In this document: piece by piece, positions 53,150-64,000 of the stretch | Numbering within the stretch: position 1 is the stretch's first letter | Layout of the letters: each line of letters starts with the position of its first letter | Assembly (NCBI GenBank): GCA_964016885.1 | Contig: OZ024741.1 | Location: forward strand, 218,116,001 to 218,180,000 | DNA from: Eledone cirrhosa | Lineage: Eukaryota | DNA: 64,000 bases | Direction: 5' to 3' | Translations under genes and position numbers: made by a program | Notes under the pieces: model-generated | Seen by the model: only the letters and a program-made list of their open reading frames with translations | The model's database searches: none | What the model was told of the DNA's origin: nothing

Positions 53150-54223
53150 TAATTTCATTCAATAAAACCACCATGAGCATCAATAACTACCTTTACGTGT
53201 GGTTGAAATCGTTTACAAGCTCGGATTAAGTGGTCCTTGTTCATACCGGGCAGACTCGAACTATTGCGGCTTTCAAAGAATCTTTGGTGCTATGGAGGTG
53301 TTCATTGATGTTGTTCTCAACAGTGCTCCATACATAGTAGTGCAGTGGATTGAGATCTGGAGAATTAGGAGGCAAAATGTTGGGGGTGATGTGATCATGC
53401 AAATTATTGGCCATCCATTCTTGTATCATTTGAGCCTTGTGTGATGGTGCAGAATCTTGTTGAAAGCCTTCCATTGCACTGTTGATCCAAGGCTTAACAA
53501 CTTTATCCAGAACCTCAATATACGCAGCAGCATTCACACTAAGGCCTTGTGGAAAAAAGTGAGGAGGCATCACATGTCCTTCATTGCTAACAACACCCAA
53601 AACCACGACACTTGCAGGAAATTTTGTGTGCATTACTCTTGGAATCCCAGAAGGGTCTGCACATAGCCACATGTCATATCTTCTGTTAATTTTCTGGTAC
53701 TGGTCAAAGTTTTTCTCATCTGATGGATTTTTAAGTTTGTTCAAAAGTCTTTTGGGTCTGATTAAACGGTTTCTTTGTTTTTTTCTGACATGAATTGACC
53801 TCTCCTCACAACGTAAGATTTGTATCTGATGTCTTCATGCAGAACATTTCTGATTGTTTTTTCTGACACACAAACATTCTTTGCAATTGACTTCATTGAT
53901 TTTCCTGGATTGTCATCAATGTTTTGCTTAACTTCCTGAATAAATTCTGGTGTCCTCATTGAATCAGAGCATTTGGAATGTTTTTTTTACGTTTTGATAC
54001 AGGTAATACGCTTCCATCTTGTGGACAAAAGATCTTGCAACTTTCAGAAAAAGAGAAATTTCTAAATCACCCTGCTTAGCCTTCAAAGCCACAATCACAT
54101 CAGGCCGTTTCATTTCATTAGTAAGCATAGTTATATTCATTGTTATTTTCTGAAGTTCAATAAAAATTAGTCAAATAAAATAATGACTAAAAATGCATGT
54201 GTCCTCAAATACCGTCCGCACCC

Positions 54224-54225
<2 letters not shown>
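53150..54225 (-). mobile_element. maT (DD37D) Tc1/mariner transposon, decayed
   Basis: SDEKNF; FPASVVVLGVV; FQQDSAPSH, then 37 residues to the third D position (SPDLNPL[H]YYVW, D mutated to H); TA|CAGGGTG terminus; left end not found. Confidence 0.85.
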
Positions 54226-54298
<73 letters not shown>

Positions 54299-54301
<3 letters not shown>

Positions 54302-54952
54302 GGTAAATATTGATGCAATTCAATTCAAGCACTCAACGTACTTTTTCCACATAGGAGTGACGGAGTAAATATCCAATAAGGAAAAGCGAAGTAGTTTCAG
54401 ATGTTCAAGTCCTTTAATAATAATGCTGTGATATATATTTCAATGACGACACTGGCCACACTGTTCTGTGTGCGAGTGTCGTGTCATCATCAGACAGCTT
54501 GTTACATAATAAGGTTATGTTTCCGAGGCAATCCAAATTGAATCGACATGGGAACGGATGAAGTTCGTGCTCTTGGGTTTTTCATCCGTTCCCTTGTGAG
54601 TACCAATTCACCCCCACCGGTCTGCGCAAGCGCATGTCCGAAGGAAGTTGACCATTAGCCACCGCAGATTTCAACGAAATTCGCTGTCAGTTCACCCTCT
54701 CAGCCAAAACAATGGCCCACCTATGCCCTACCAAAGTTTACTGCTACCCATCACGACTGTGGCAGTCAGCTGAAAGCCAGAGGGGATGGGAGGGTGTTAG
54801 TTTCCACAGGTCACAACACCACCTCTCACCAAGCGCTGACAGCAAGACTGACCATCAACCCACAAGGGAAAATAAACCCAATTATATACAGGAAAATAAA
54901 CCCAATTATATACAATTATATACAGAACATCTGAAACTACTTCGCTTTTCCT

Positions 54953-54957
<5 letters not shown>
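54299..54957 (-). mobile_element. PLE 3' remnant with ~33-bp inverted repeat and extension
   Basis: aataaggaaaagcgaagtagtttcagatgttc (54375) is inverted at 54925-54956; flanked by (TA)n/(CT)n. Confidence 0.75.
54425..54498 (-). ncRNA. Type-I hammerhead ribozyme
   Basis: gctgt-CTGATGA-(acgacact/agtgtcgt stem)-GAAA-tatata-TC-acagc. Confidence 0.75.
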
Positions 54958-55040
<83 letters not shown>

Positions 55041-55045
<5 letters not shown>

Positions 55046-56917
55046 TAAAATTACAACAGTGACATAAACATGTACTTAAGTTTCGTTGAGTTCTGGACCA
55101 TAGCTCATTCAGCCTATCATAAGAAAGATAACAATAAAAATGGCCACCTGGGGTTGATTGTGCTTTTCTGTTAGAAATATATCATAAGAGTTTAAACAAA
55201 GGTATTAGTTAGAAAAGTTTTTTTTTAATTAGAAGGTAAAATCAAGGGAGACAACTCTTGAGAGACCACAGTGAAGATTGAAGAAAATTATAAAGAAAAT
55301 TATTTTTTTTCTAGCTGACTCAAAGAATCCAATTTCTTTGATATACAAAATAGTCAGATCATCAAAGTATACTTCTGGACCTGTTAGTCAGGTCTAAGCC
55401 ATTTACTCAAAATATACTTCTTCTCGTGAAGACAGCTTCCAAAGCAATGAAACCGTGAGTTAAGGCAGTGTTTATCTGAAGCTAGTTGTGAGAGAATATA
55501 CTATTTTTCAGAATTACAAAGGCGACAAAATTTCTACCCATAGGATTTAATATTGTTAATGCAAGAGTATCCTATTTTTACTGTATGGCGATTAAATATA
55601 TTTCCGTATTTATGGCCCACAGGGAAATGGAGATCTATGAGGGCTAGGATTTTTTAAACTACATTAGTTTTCACATTAAGTGAGAAAGGTGGTGCGAACC
55701 ATAAGACATCTTTATGTCTAGGTTTTTTCTTACTAGATGTAGGACGGTGATCTGGAGAGTACGTGATTTTTCGGAGAAGCCGCTGTTACTTAGTACTGAA
55801 TTATAGTAGGGTGCTGCTCTATCAAAAATGGCTTTGCTGGAAAAGAAGTTGTTAATAAGGTTTTTAAAAACTATAGGGTGTGGCTAGAGTCCTTACGGAT
55901 GTACCGAAATTTGTGGAATGGTCTATATGTGCGTGTATATAGGTCCAAGTTAACGTCTAGGAAGTTGACATTAGTGAGATTGGTAGCTCTCGTAATTCTT
56001 AAACTTAGGCTGTTGAAGGTAGCGAGCTTTTCATGAAAGTTCCCAGGTCATGACCACTTTTATGACTGGATATAACCAGACCGTCATCGCGATATAGGCC
56101 CGTATGGAAGTCAGGGAATTTATTCTGTATAGTGTCTAGAGTAAATAGGCCCACCAGATCGCATATATCGGCGCTGTCAAATGATATCATCGGTACATCG
56201 AATAGGTCATTGGTAGTGGATTTTTTTAATCCATGGGTTACCGTTACTAAAGAGGAGGGTTTCCCTACAGTGGGATATAACTAATCAGTCCAAGCCATCT
56301 ATGTTAGCAAATTTAGAAGCAATATCCAGGACCTTATTAAGTAAAGTCTTGGATATCGAGGGGTAAAAGTCCATAAAGTCAAATTGTGTAAACCTAGCAT
56401 TCTTAGTGTGTTTGAGGACATTTTTAGTGTGTTTGTTTAAAACAAGCTATAACGGTTTTCCTGAGTATGTCTTTACTAACAAGACCTAGCTCCGTTTTAG
56501 CAGGGTTCATAAGTCTGCAAGTTTGTTTGTTGGCAAAGCCGTCCTTATGGTCCTGAAGTGTAATATAAGCCTCTCTCCTAGCCAAGCACTCTAACTTGTT
56601 ATCTACTCTAAAGGTGGCGGCTATATCCTTCGCCTCAGTATTGATGGCATAATAAGTAGCAGGGTCAGCTTTTTTGCATTTTGTCTGTATGGTTTTGTTA
56701 AGAAGTTGATTATAGGTGGACTGATCTAATTCATACAGGTTGTTGGTTTTATCAGATAGGACGAAAGTTCAATCAGAGGATCTGACAGGCTGAATGAGTT
56801 GGAGTCCAGAACCCAACAAAACTTGAGTACCTGTTTATGTCACTGTTGTAATTATTTATACTAAATTCGTCCAATGGACTCAGTGCTCTTACCCTTAGAT
56901 ATTTCTACCAAACTTTT

Positions 56918-56923
<6 letters not shown>
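55041..56923 (-). mobile_element. Hydra-type PLE RT fragment with ~70-bp inverted terminal repeats
   Basis: SDKTNNLY; ITLQDHK; FDVPMISFDSADICDLVG; GLYRDDGL; NFLD; WFAPP; 55050-55119 is inverted at 56783-56853. Confidence 0.85.
56785..56834 (+). ncRNA. Hammerhead variant with 8-nt core CUGAAUGA
   Basis: acagg-CTGAATGA-gttgg/ccaac-aaaa-cttgag-TA-cctgt; the partner at 55068-55117 (-) retains GAAA and palindromic cttaag. Confidence 0.6.
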
Positions 56924-56977
<54 letters not shown>

Positions 56978-57068
56978 CGAAGGAAGTGTGGTAAGGAACC
57001 AGATGGACCATAACGCACCAGAGTACTCAATACTTAGGGTTGTAGAGTGGGTAATAGGAAAATTTCTA

Positions 57069-57163
57069 ACTCCGACGGCAGAGCTCAAGCCGTTTCGACG
57101 GCTATTTCCGGACTAATTTAGAATTTTTAGCGTGGTAATAAATAGCCGAACTTTTCAAGGAGT
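57069..57163 (-). ncRNA. Hammerhead variant, U3-A8 core
   Basis: actcc-TTGAAAA-g..cggctattt/aaatagccg..c-GAAA-cggc/gccg-TC-ggagt. Confidence 0.75.
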
Positions 57164-58483
57164 AATTCCTTATATGGGAAGAATGTAGTTGTCAAAAGGA
57201 TTGGTCAAAATTTCTTGTAAACACAATTAAATATTTCATGGTGGTGGGTGGGAGGTCGGGGTGGCTTAATTTGCCTGTAGAACAATGAGGGAGTGGGTGG
57301 AGCCGGTCAAACGTTGAAAGTGAATTCTATACAGCAAATTCTAAGGAGTGTGTATGAAATTAGGCTAGTTAGAAAGCAGGCGAAAAAGAATTCTGGAGGA
57401 ATCTGAGAGTGGGAAGTTATAAAATTAAAAGATTAATAAATTGAGATTAAAAGATAATAAATAAAAATAATAAAAAAATTAAATAGTAAAAAATAATAAA
57501 AAAAATCTCTAGAGTCTAAAGCAGCTGCTATATTTTTAGCTGGTATTGCGTTTTCAGCCAATGCTATATAGAATTTGCTGGGGTGGGGGTATTGAGGCTA
57601 GAAAAGCCCGATGGGCTGCCTCGAGGTAGGCGAATGAGGAGAAAGGAAAAGGAAGAGGAGAGGGAGTGGAAGGAAGTGATAAGAAGAGATAAAGGGAAAA
57701 AGGAAAGAAGTACATCTACCTATGTATGCTGGAGTTTCCCCTACCTTGTTCGGCAAGTGGGGAAAAGAAGGATGTTGCAGCCATTGTCTACCCACCCGAG
57801 TCATAAGGGGGTTTGAGGGCGAGGTACGTCCCACGCAATCGGTGTTTACATGCAGTTACAAGTTCGTCTTTTTTGCTTAGGAGTTGGTCCTTCGTAAACA
57901 GCATTTGTATTGTTTCCTCCGAGCATAAGTTACACGAACGGTACCCTCCCGTGTAGGAGTTAGCCCTGGACAGTAGGCTCCAAGTAAGATTGTATGTTAT
58001 GTTATTATCTTGGAGGTCCCAGATGTGGCCCGAAAGTGTAGTAGCATGACGCCGGGCCGGGTTTCGGAACGTATGTCGATGTTGGTAGAGCCGGGTCTTA
58101 AAGTCACAAGCGGTTAATCCTATATAGGCTTTGTTGGCGTTTTCCGTCCTCACGTTGCATTTGTAGATCACGTTACGTTCTCGGCATCTGTTGTTGCGGG
58201 GGCACGTAGATCTATCAGGGCAGTTACACCTCCTGGTCGGCTCTCCACTAATGTCTAGGTTGTTTCTTCCATAGGAGTTGAGTTTCTTGTTGTTTGAGGG
58301 GGGAGATGTTTTGTGCGAACACCCAACTTTCAACGCTTGACCGGCTCCACCCACTCCCTCGTTATTCTACAGGCAATTTCAGCCATCCCCACCTCCGACC
58401 CACCGCCATGAAAGATTTAATTGTGTTTACACGAAATTTTGACCAATCCTTTTGACAACTACAATCTTCCCATATAAGGAATT

Positions 58484-58578
58484 ACCCCTTGAAAAGTTCA
58501 GCTATTTATTACTACGCTAAACATTCTAAATTAGTCCAGAAATAGCCGTCGAAACGGCTTGAGCTCTGCCGTCGGGGT
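58484..58578 (+). ncRNA. Hammerhead variant, U3-A8 core
   Basis: acccc-TTGAAAA-g...c-GAAA-cggc/gccg-TC-ggggt. Confidence 0.75.
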
Positions 58579-58590
58579 TAAATATTTTCC

Positions 58591-58616
<26 letters not shown>

Positions 58617-58621
<5 letters not shown>

Positions 58622-59412
58622 GCTTCTCCACGCACTGGGATATTGTCGGCAGGGCTGCACCATACAACTTCAAGAGGAAGTGCGATCTTTGCTTCATGGA
58701 GCTCTACCACATCATAACTGCACCTCACGAGCTCATCAACAGCAGAGCTGAAACAGCGATAAGTTGTACACATCGCTTAAAAATATTCTTCTTCAGATGG
58801 GTTAAGGATGAGGAGTGAAAACGTGCACCGGAGCTCCCTGCAACAAGTTTTAACACCCCGGCGGGCAGGCGCTGCAAAATAACACCCAGGAAACTAACCA
58901 TGCATACCAGACCCAGCCTCAAACAGCCCAGACAAACGGATGCGACAAACAAACGTCTCAAAATAAGCGTTGGTTACATGACCCTGTGCGTATCGACAAT
59001 GGTAAGGTTTTAACCGCATCTTGTAACGGATAAAAATTTGTCCGGGAAAGACTGCCCTAACAGAGTTACCTCCCTTGACCTGCTGCAAAATCAAAACACG
59101 CTATTTTACCCCAAAAACTCTTTCCAAGCAATGTCAGGAACACTTTTGGTTATTTATGCCCTTGAGAAGCCCAACTGGGCGAAACGTACGTAGGTGCTGT
59201 TTTAAATAAACATGTTTTAACGGTCTATTCTCCGATTTTTTACTATTTCACGTGCTTACGCTCTGCTAACTCTCTAGCCCACTAAATATTAACACTTCCA
59301 ATATTTAATACTGCCGGCACTAGTATCGAGCACCTTTGGCATACGCTACTTGGCAAATAACTATATGTATCACCTATCCTCCCCTTTTTTTCTCTCTCTC
59401 GATACGTAAATA

Positions 59413-59415
<3 letters not shown>
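58617..59415 (+). mobile_element. Hydra-type PLE 3' end (family D)
   Basis: WDIVGRAAPYNFKRKCDLCFME..LINSRAE..SCTHR; flanked by (TA)n. Confidence 0.8.
59158..59197 (+). ncRNA. Minimal hammerhead variant, U3-A8 core
   Basis: gccc-TTGAGAA-gccc aact gggc-GAAA-cgtacg-TA-gg(t)gc; AATAAA 8 nt downstream. Confidence 0.75.
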
Positions 59416-59452
<37 letters not shown>

Positions 59453-59456
<4 letters not shown>

Positions 59457-60428
59457 CTTTGATAACTTTGATAGGTGTTGGCCAGTATTGGCCCAGGTCA
59501 TGTCTTAATAGCACCACCTGGCGAACTCTTTCAAATCAAGATTTGGACACCATGGCCCACTCAAGAAGGGAGTTATTGTTTACGGAGTTATATCCGGGTG
59601 TAGGAGATTCATCCGGGATTTCTTGATGGAATTTGTCCAAAGACTTCTTGAGCTTTATGAGGTCTGTTTCTGTTTTAATGTGTGTTGGTGTAATATTAAC
59701 GAGAGCGGGGGCAATTAAGGTGAAATAATTGTGCCGTATTGTTGTTATGAGTTTGATTTTTGTTGTGGGCGGATAGCACATGCCCAAGCCTTGGGTGTAG
59801 TTTAAAGGTGATGCCAACATCATTTGGGCAATGCTGATGGAATATTTCCCACATCATGTAGATAATGTAGCGTTCACAGCGGCGTTGAAGAGAATGAGTT
59901 TGAGTTTTTCTCGTCGACCCCAGTAGTCAAGGCCTGACATGCCATTTATCTTTTTCGTGATTGACATTTGAGGAGCTTCAATTTTGATGATACTTTGTTT
60001 TGTGTGGGGAGACCACAGCGGACAACAGTATTCAAGGTGGGGTCGGGCAAAAGTAGAGAAGAGAAAGATAATAGTCTGGATATCTCTCGACTGGAAGGTT
60101 CTGAGAATCCAGGAACACATTCTGCTGGCCATGTCAACTTTGTTGTTTATATGAGTGGCCCAGCTTATGTTGTTGTCCACAATTACTCCAAAGTCTCTGA
60201 TGTTGTTGGATGTCACGAGAGTTTCACCTGAAGGAAGGGAGTATCGGAATTTCAGGGAATCCTCTTTTCCAAAGTGGATTAATTCAAATTTATCCTCGTT
60301 CAGCAGCATATTGTTCTTTTCCGTCCATTGGATAACAGCCAGTAGATCTGATTGGAGGCATATCTGGCCACCCACGCCATTGATGACCTTCTGGAGCTTC
60401 GAATCATCTGCGAAGATTCTTATGCTGC
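59453..60428 (-). mobile_element. CR1-group LINE, 5'-truncated
   Basis: FADDSKL; LQSDL..W...NEDKF; DFGVIVD; RPHLEYCCPLWSP; 9-bp tail repeat (atcaaagtt)2. Confidence 0.88.
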
Positions 60429-60543
60429 CTTATAGATATAACTTAGAGAAGTATAGAGTCCAGGTGAAAACAAAAGTCAACATATAATCTAATAATCTAT
60501 TAAGAAGGTTAAAGAAAATAAAAAATAAAAACTGAAATGAAAC

Positions 60544-60641
60544 ATGAAAAGTATTGAAGTCCAAAAAGATGTTGAACTTGATATCGATGAAGGAAATTTG
60601 CTTGCATCAAATCCCAATCCTCTTGAGTTAAAAAGATTAAA
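60544..60641 (+). pseudogene. RRS1: RRS1-like (ribosome biogenesis regulator) N-terminal exon, isolated
   Basis: MKSIEVQKDVELDIDEGNLLASNPNPL resembles the RRS1 motif I.V.K..EL..D.GNLLASD.NP (recalled, not searched); followed by donor-like AA|GTTAGT. Confidence 0.6.
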
Positions 60642-61359
60642 GTTAGTTTATAATGAATGTTTATCTTAAAACACGTTGCTTCATCAGTTCTAACATATGC
60701 TTAAATCCACTAGATTCTATCCATATCTATTCTGTCCGAATGTTCTGTTAACGTAACATCTGCTCCAAGCTCTATTTAAGATTTGTTTACTCCACATTCG
60801 TGATTTTACGCTTGGATTATCTAAATACTCTATAGTCAAATATTCTTTCGTTCCAAACATTCGTGGCATTAATTCACTGTTTAATACAAGATGCTGGGAA
60901 GCAGAATGTGCTGTTATGATGGAATACATCCTAGAATGTAAATATGACCACAAATAATAAATACTATTAACCATTGATAGGAACCTCACAAATAAAACGC
61001 ACCAAATTATACGGTAAGGCGAGAGAGAAAAAATAAAAGGAAACAAAAACAAAACCGACCATCAATTCACTGCCAAATAATTATTTGAATCGGGTTAGAA
61101 AGAGAGGAGAAAAAAAAGAGAATATTTATATATTGTGCTGCGAAATGATACAACTTATAATGTACAGAGCAAGTCGTTTCTGAGAAGAAATAAGTTGTGT
61201 AAAATTTATTAGAATTTCACCAAATTTCAAAATGTCGAAAGCCAGTGACCCCGGTCAAAGAAAGCCATGGGAGCTTCCCTCACAGAAGTTGATTCAGAAG
61301 CCAGCTTGTCAGCCGAAATAGGTAGCACTAACATCATAATACCAGCAATCACCACACGA

Positions 61360-61403
<44 letters not shown>

Positions 61404-61423
61404 ATAATAATAATAATAATAAT
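61360..61423. repeat. (TAC)n(TAA)n microsatellite at the Tx1 3' end
   Basis: Direct reading. Confidence 0.95.
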
Positions 61424-64000
61424 ACTTTCTTTATTAACCACAAGGGTTTACATAAAGTAGACATTAAGGACAATACAGGACGGTACAAATGGGCATTTCT
61501 GCGTGTAAAAAACAAGAAACAGAGGATGTAATATTAGAACAATGAAAAAATTCCCCAATAGGGGGGAGACTTCCGAGGTACATTCGTGGATAAAGCCTAT
61601 TAAAAAGCCACAGTGACCCTGACCACCAGAGAAAGTGTCCTCTCCCAGTTTTCCACCTTTAATTTACTGACACATACTCAGAGTAGGCCCATTCCCTCGG
61701 GCCATTCTTGCCTCTCTCACCCATCTTTTAACAAAATGCTGGGAAGAGAGCACTTCCCTTTCTACCCTGATTTTTCTTTTCAAATGAAATTTGAAAAAGT
61801 TAATCAGGGCATCACCGAAGAGGTAAGTGTCCACCATACTATCTCTTTCGCCATGGCCACCAGACAGATAAAAACTGCCTGCCCTTCCCGGCTAAAGGAA
61901 GAGGGCGGGGCAATCCTCACGATGGACTCAGCTGATAGCTGGATCCGTCCTACACGCGACAGCAGGTGTTCGACATAAACCCACAAGTCAGCAATGCTCG
62001 GACACTGGACGAGTGCGTGCAGGACGGTTTCGTCGCCCTGCGCGCATCTCGGACATACCCGGCTGACGGCACCTCCATGCCTGTAGAGTTTATCCCGAAC
62101 TGGCAAAGCTCCTCGGTAGCACTGCCAGGCCAGGGATTTCTGGAAGTTGTCCATAGGCCCCGGCCCGAAAGTTCTTCCGAAGAGGTTGGCTAGTTGATTT
62201 TCGTCGACGCCTAGAGTTTCCCAAGTACGTCGTCGCTCTTCCCCTCCAATAATCCTCTATAGAACGCCAAGGTGGAGTTTCCACCGATCACATTGCCCGA
62301 TTGATCGAGGGCTGTGAGCGCCTGAAGACATTCCAGTCTCCAAGCGCTCCCTCTCGGTCTTCGCTTGACCCAGGACTGCAGCTCCGTCAAGGAGACGAGC
62401 TGGGGGAAAGACGCGTCTAGCAAACGGTGACCACACCTGATCACCGTCGAGGAAGAGGTGGAGATGTCGTAGCCCGAGCGCGTGTCTGCGCATCACCAGC
62501 CACAGCATTCCCAGTCCTCCACGTAGCGGGTGTTGACAGCAGATGGACTGCCTGACCATCGGAGCGCGTCCCTTCCACAAAAAGCTAAAGAGCAAACGCT
62601 CCAGTGCAGTCAGGCGGGGCTTAGGACAAGGTACGACGGTCAGGCGGTAGGAGATGACGGACGCGATATACACGTTAGCCACCTCCGCTCGACGTTTCAG
62701 GGATAGCTTCCGCTCGGCCCATTTCTGGGTGAGAGAAGCCACCCTGCTCGTCACCTCGCCCCAGTTTTTGTCCGTCAGGAGTTCCGGACCGAACCAGACC
62801 CCGAGCAATTTAACCGGTCCGTCTGTCCAGCGCCCGACGACGCTGTTGGACGGCATGGACCTGCCTCTCCAGGTGCTGAGCTGCAGGCCCACTGACTTTT
62901 CCTGGTTGATCATTGCTCCTGTCACCGCTTCGTATTCTCTTAGTGTAGTGCCGATCCCCTCGATGTGTTTGGCGTTCGACACCACTACGGTGACATCGTC
63001 CGCATATGCTGACACGGATCTTCCGTATCCTAGTTCGCGCAGGACGCCCCTCAACGTCTCCAGTTTGTGCAGTAATGGCTCGAAAGTCAATACGTACAAG
63101 AGGGACGAGAGGGGACATCCTTGGCGGACCGAGCGCATGATGTTGAACGGTTCCGAAAGGTGACCGTTCACTCTCACCACAGAGCAGATGTCGCTGTGCA
63201 TGGCAGCGATCCAGCCTCTGAAAACGGGCCCAAAGCCAGCTGCCCCCAGGACTGCCGCTAGGTAACGATGGTCGACCCTATCGAAAGCTTTCGACTGATC
63301 TAAATTGATCAAGGACCCACCCATGCCAGGTTCCCTAGCTACCCCCTCTACGATGCATCGCAAGAGGTCGAGGTTGTCATGGATGGATCTGTCCGGAATG
63401 GCGCATGTCTGCGCCTCTCCCACCAGACCACCAACGACAAGCGCCAACCTCTTTGCTAGCACCTTGGCTAAAATCTTGAACTCTGTGTTTAGCAGAGTTA
63501 TGGGCCTAAAATTATCTATGTTATCCCCCTTGTTCGGATCCTTTCTCAGCAGCGCCATAGCTCCTCGGCTCACAGAGCTGTAAGTTCTCCCGTTCTGTTG
63601 CTAGATGCAGTAGACGTCCGCCAAGAGGCCTCCGAACAAGCCTGGCATCGGTACGTAAAGTTCATAGAGCAGACCATCCAAACCAGGCGATTTACCCCTT
63701 GTGCAGCCAGTCATTGCCTCCCGTACTTCAGCGGCTGTTATCGGCTTTTCGCAACACTCCGCCTCAGTGGCCGAGAGCCGCGACAGTCCGTCGAGGTAGA
63801 CACTAAAGTCCATCCCTCGATCCGGCCCGCCGCTGCCCCCGAACAGCTGAGCGAAGTGTCGCTGAAAAGCTTCACACATTTTCCCAGGATCGAGTAGCAT
63901 GCGCCCGTCGTGGTCCACCAAAGACCGGATCGTGGCTTTGTTGCCAGGACGCGCCTCCGCCACTCGGGCCCATTGAACGGCTTTCGTCCCCTCGTGTCTG
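61424..64000 (-). mobile_element. L1/Tx1-clade LINE ORF2 (RT plus CCHC finger), runs off the right edge
   Basis: KSPGLDGL; FRPITLLN; DQSKAFDRVDH; VRQGCPLS; YADD; GGLG; CPRC..DETVLHALVQC; AATAAA near the 3' end; one stop and frameshifts. Confidence 0.93.

Larger units (their letters stand above)
56976..58590 (-). mobile_element. Hydra-type PLE (family A), 5'-truncated with inverted pseudo-LTR
   Basis: ORF 57788-58354: CNCPDRSTCP..NVIYKC..YIGLTACDFKTRLYQH..CNLCSEE..CKHR; 57056-57341 is inverted at 58326-58590. Confidence 0.9.

Noticed and set aside
60717-61052. 111-aa minus-strand ORF
   Set aside because: No recognisable motif; could be chance.

Overview
Eukaryotic, AT-rich, repeat-saturated DNA, most likely from a coleoid cephalopod (octopus-like). 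That assignment is inferred from the SINE families and the microsatellite density, not from a database search. No intact host gene is visible; the only recognisable host coding sequence is a lone RRS1-like exon near 60.6 kb. The window holds decayed mobile elements: a Helitron with STPR-like repeats, mariner and maT (DD37D) transposons, and R4/Dong, RTE, CR1, Tx1 and Gypsy fragments. It also has tRNA-derived SINEs and three G/T-rich satellite blocks, which account for the giant low-complexity ORFs. The main theme is about 15 Penelope-like element (PLE) insertions of Hydra and Neptune type, mostly in (TA)n. They carry about a dozen recognisable type-I hammerhead ribozymes, several with non-canonical cores (U3-A8 swap, 8-nt CUGAAUGA core, U·U at the base of stem II). 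Many share a fold-back architecture in which one arm has a short extension carrying a common TATYGAGYAC motif. A chimeric RTE/R4 unit is repeated within (TATG)n at the left end. All structures were read by eye, and element boundaries are approximate.
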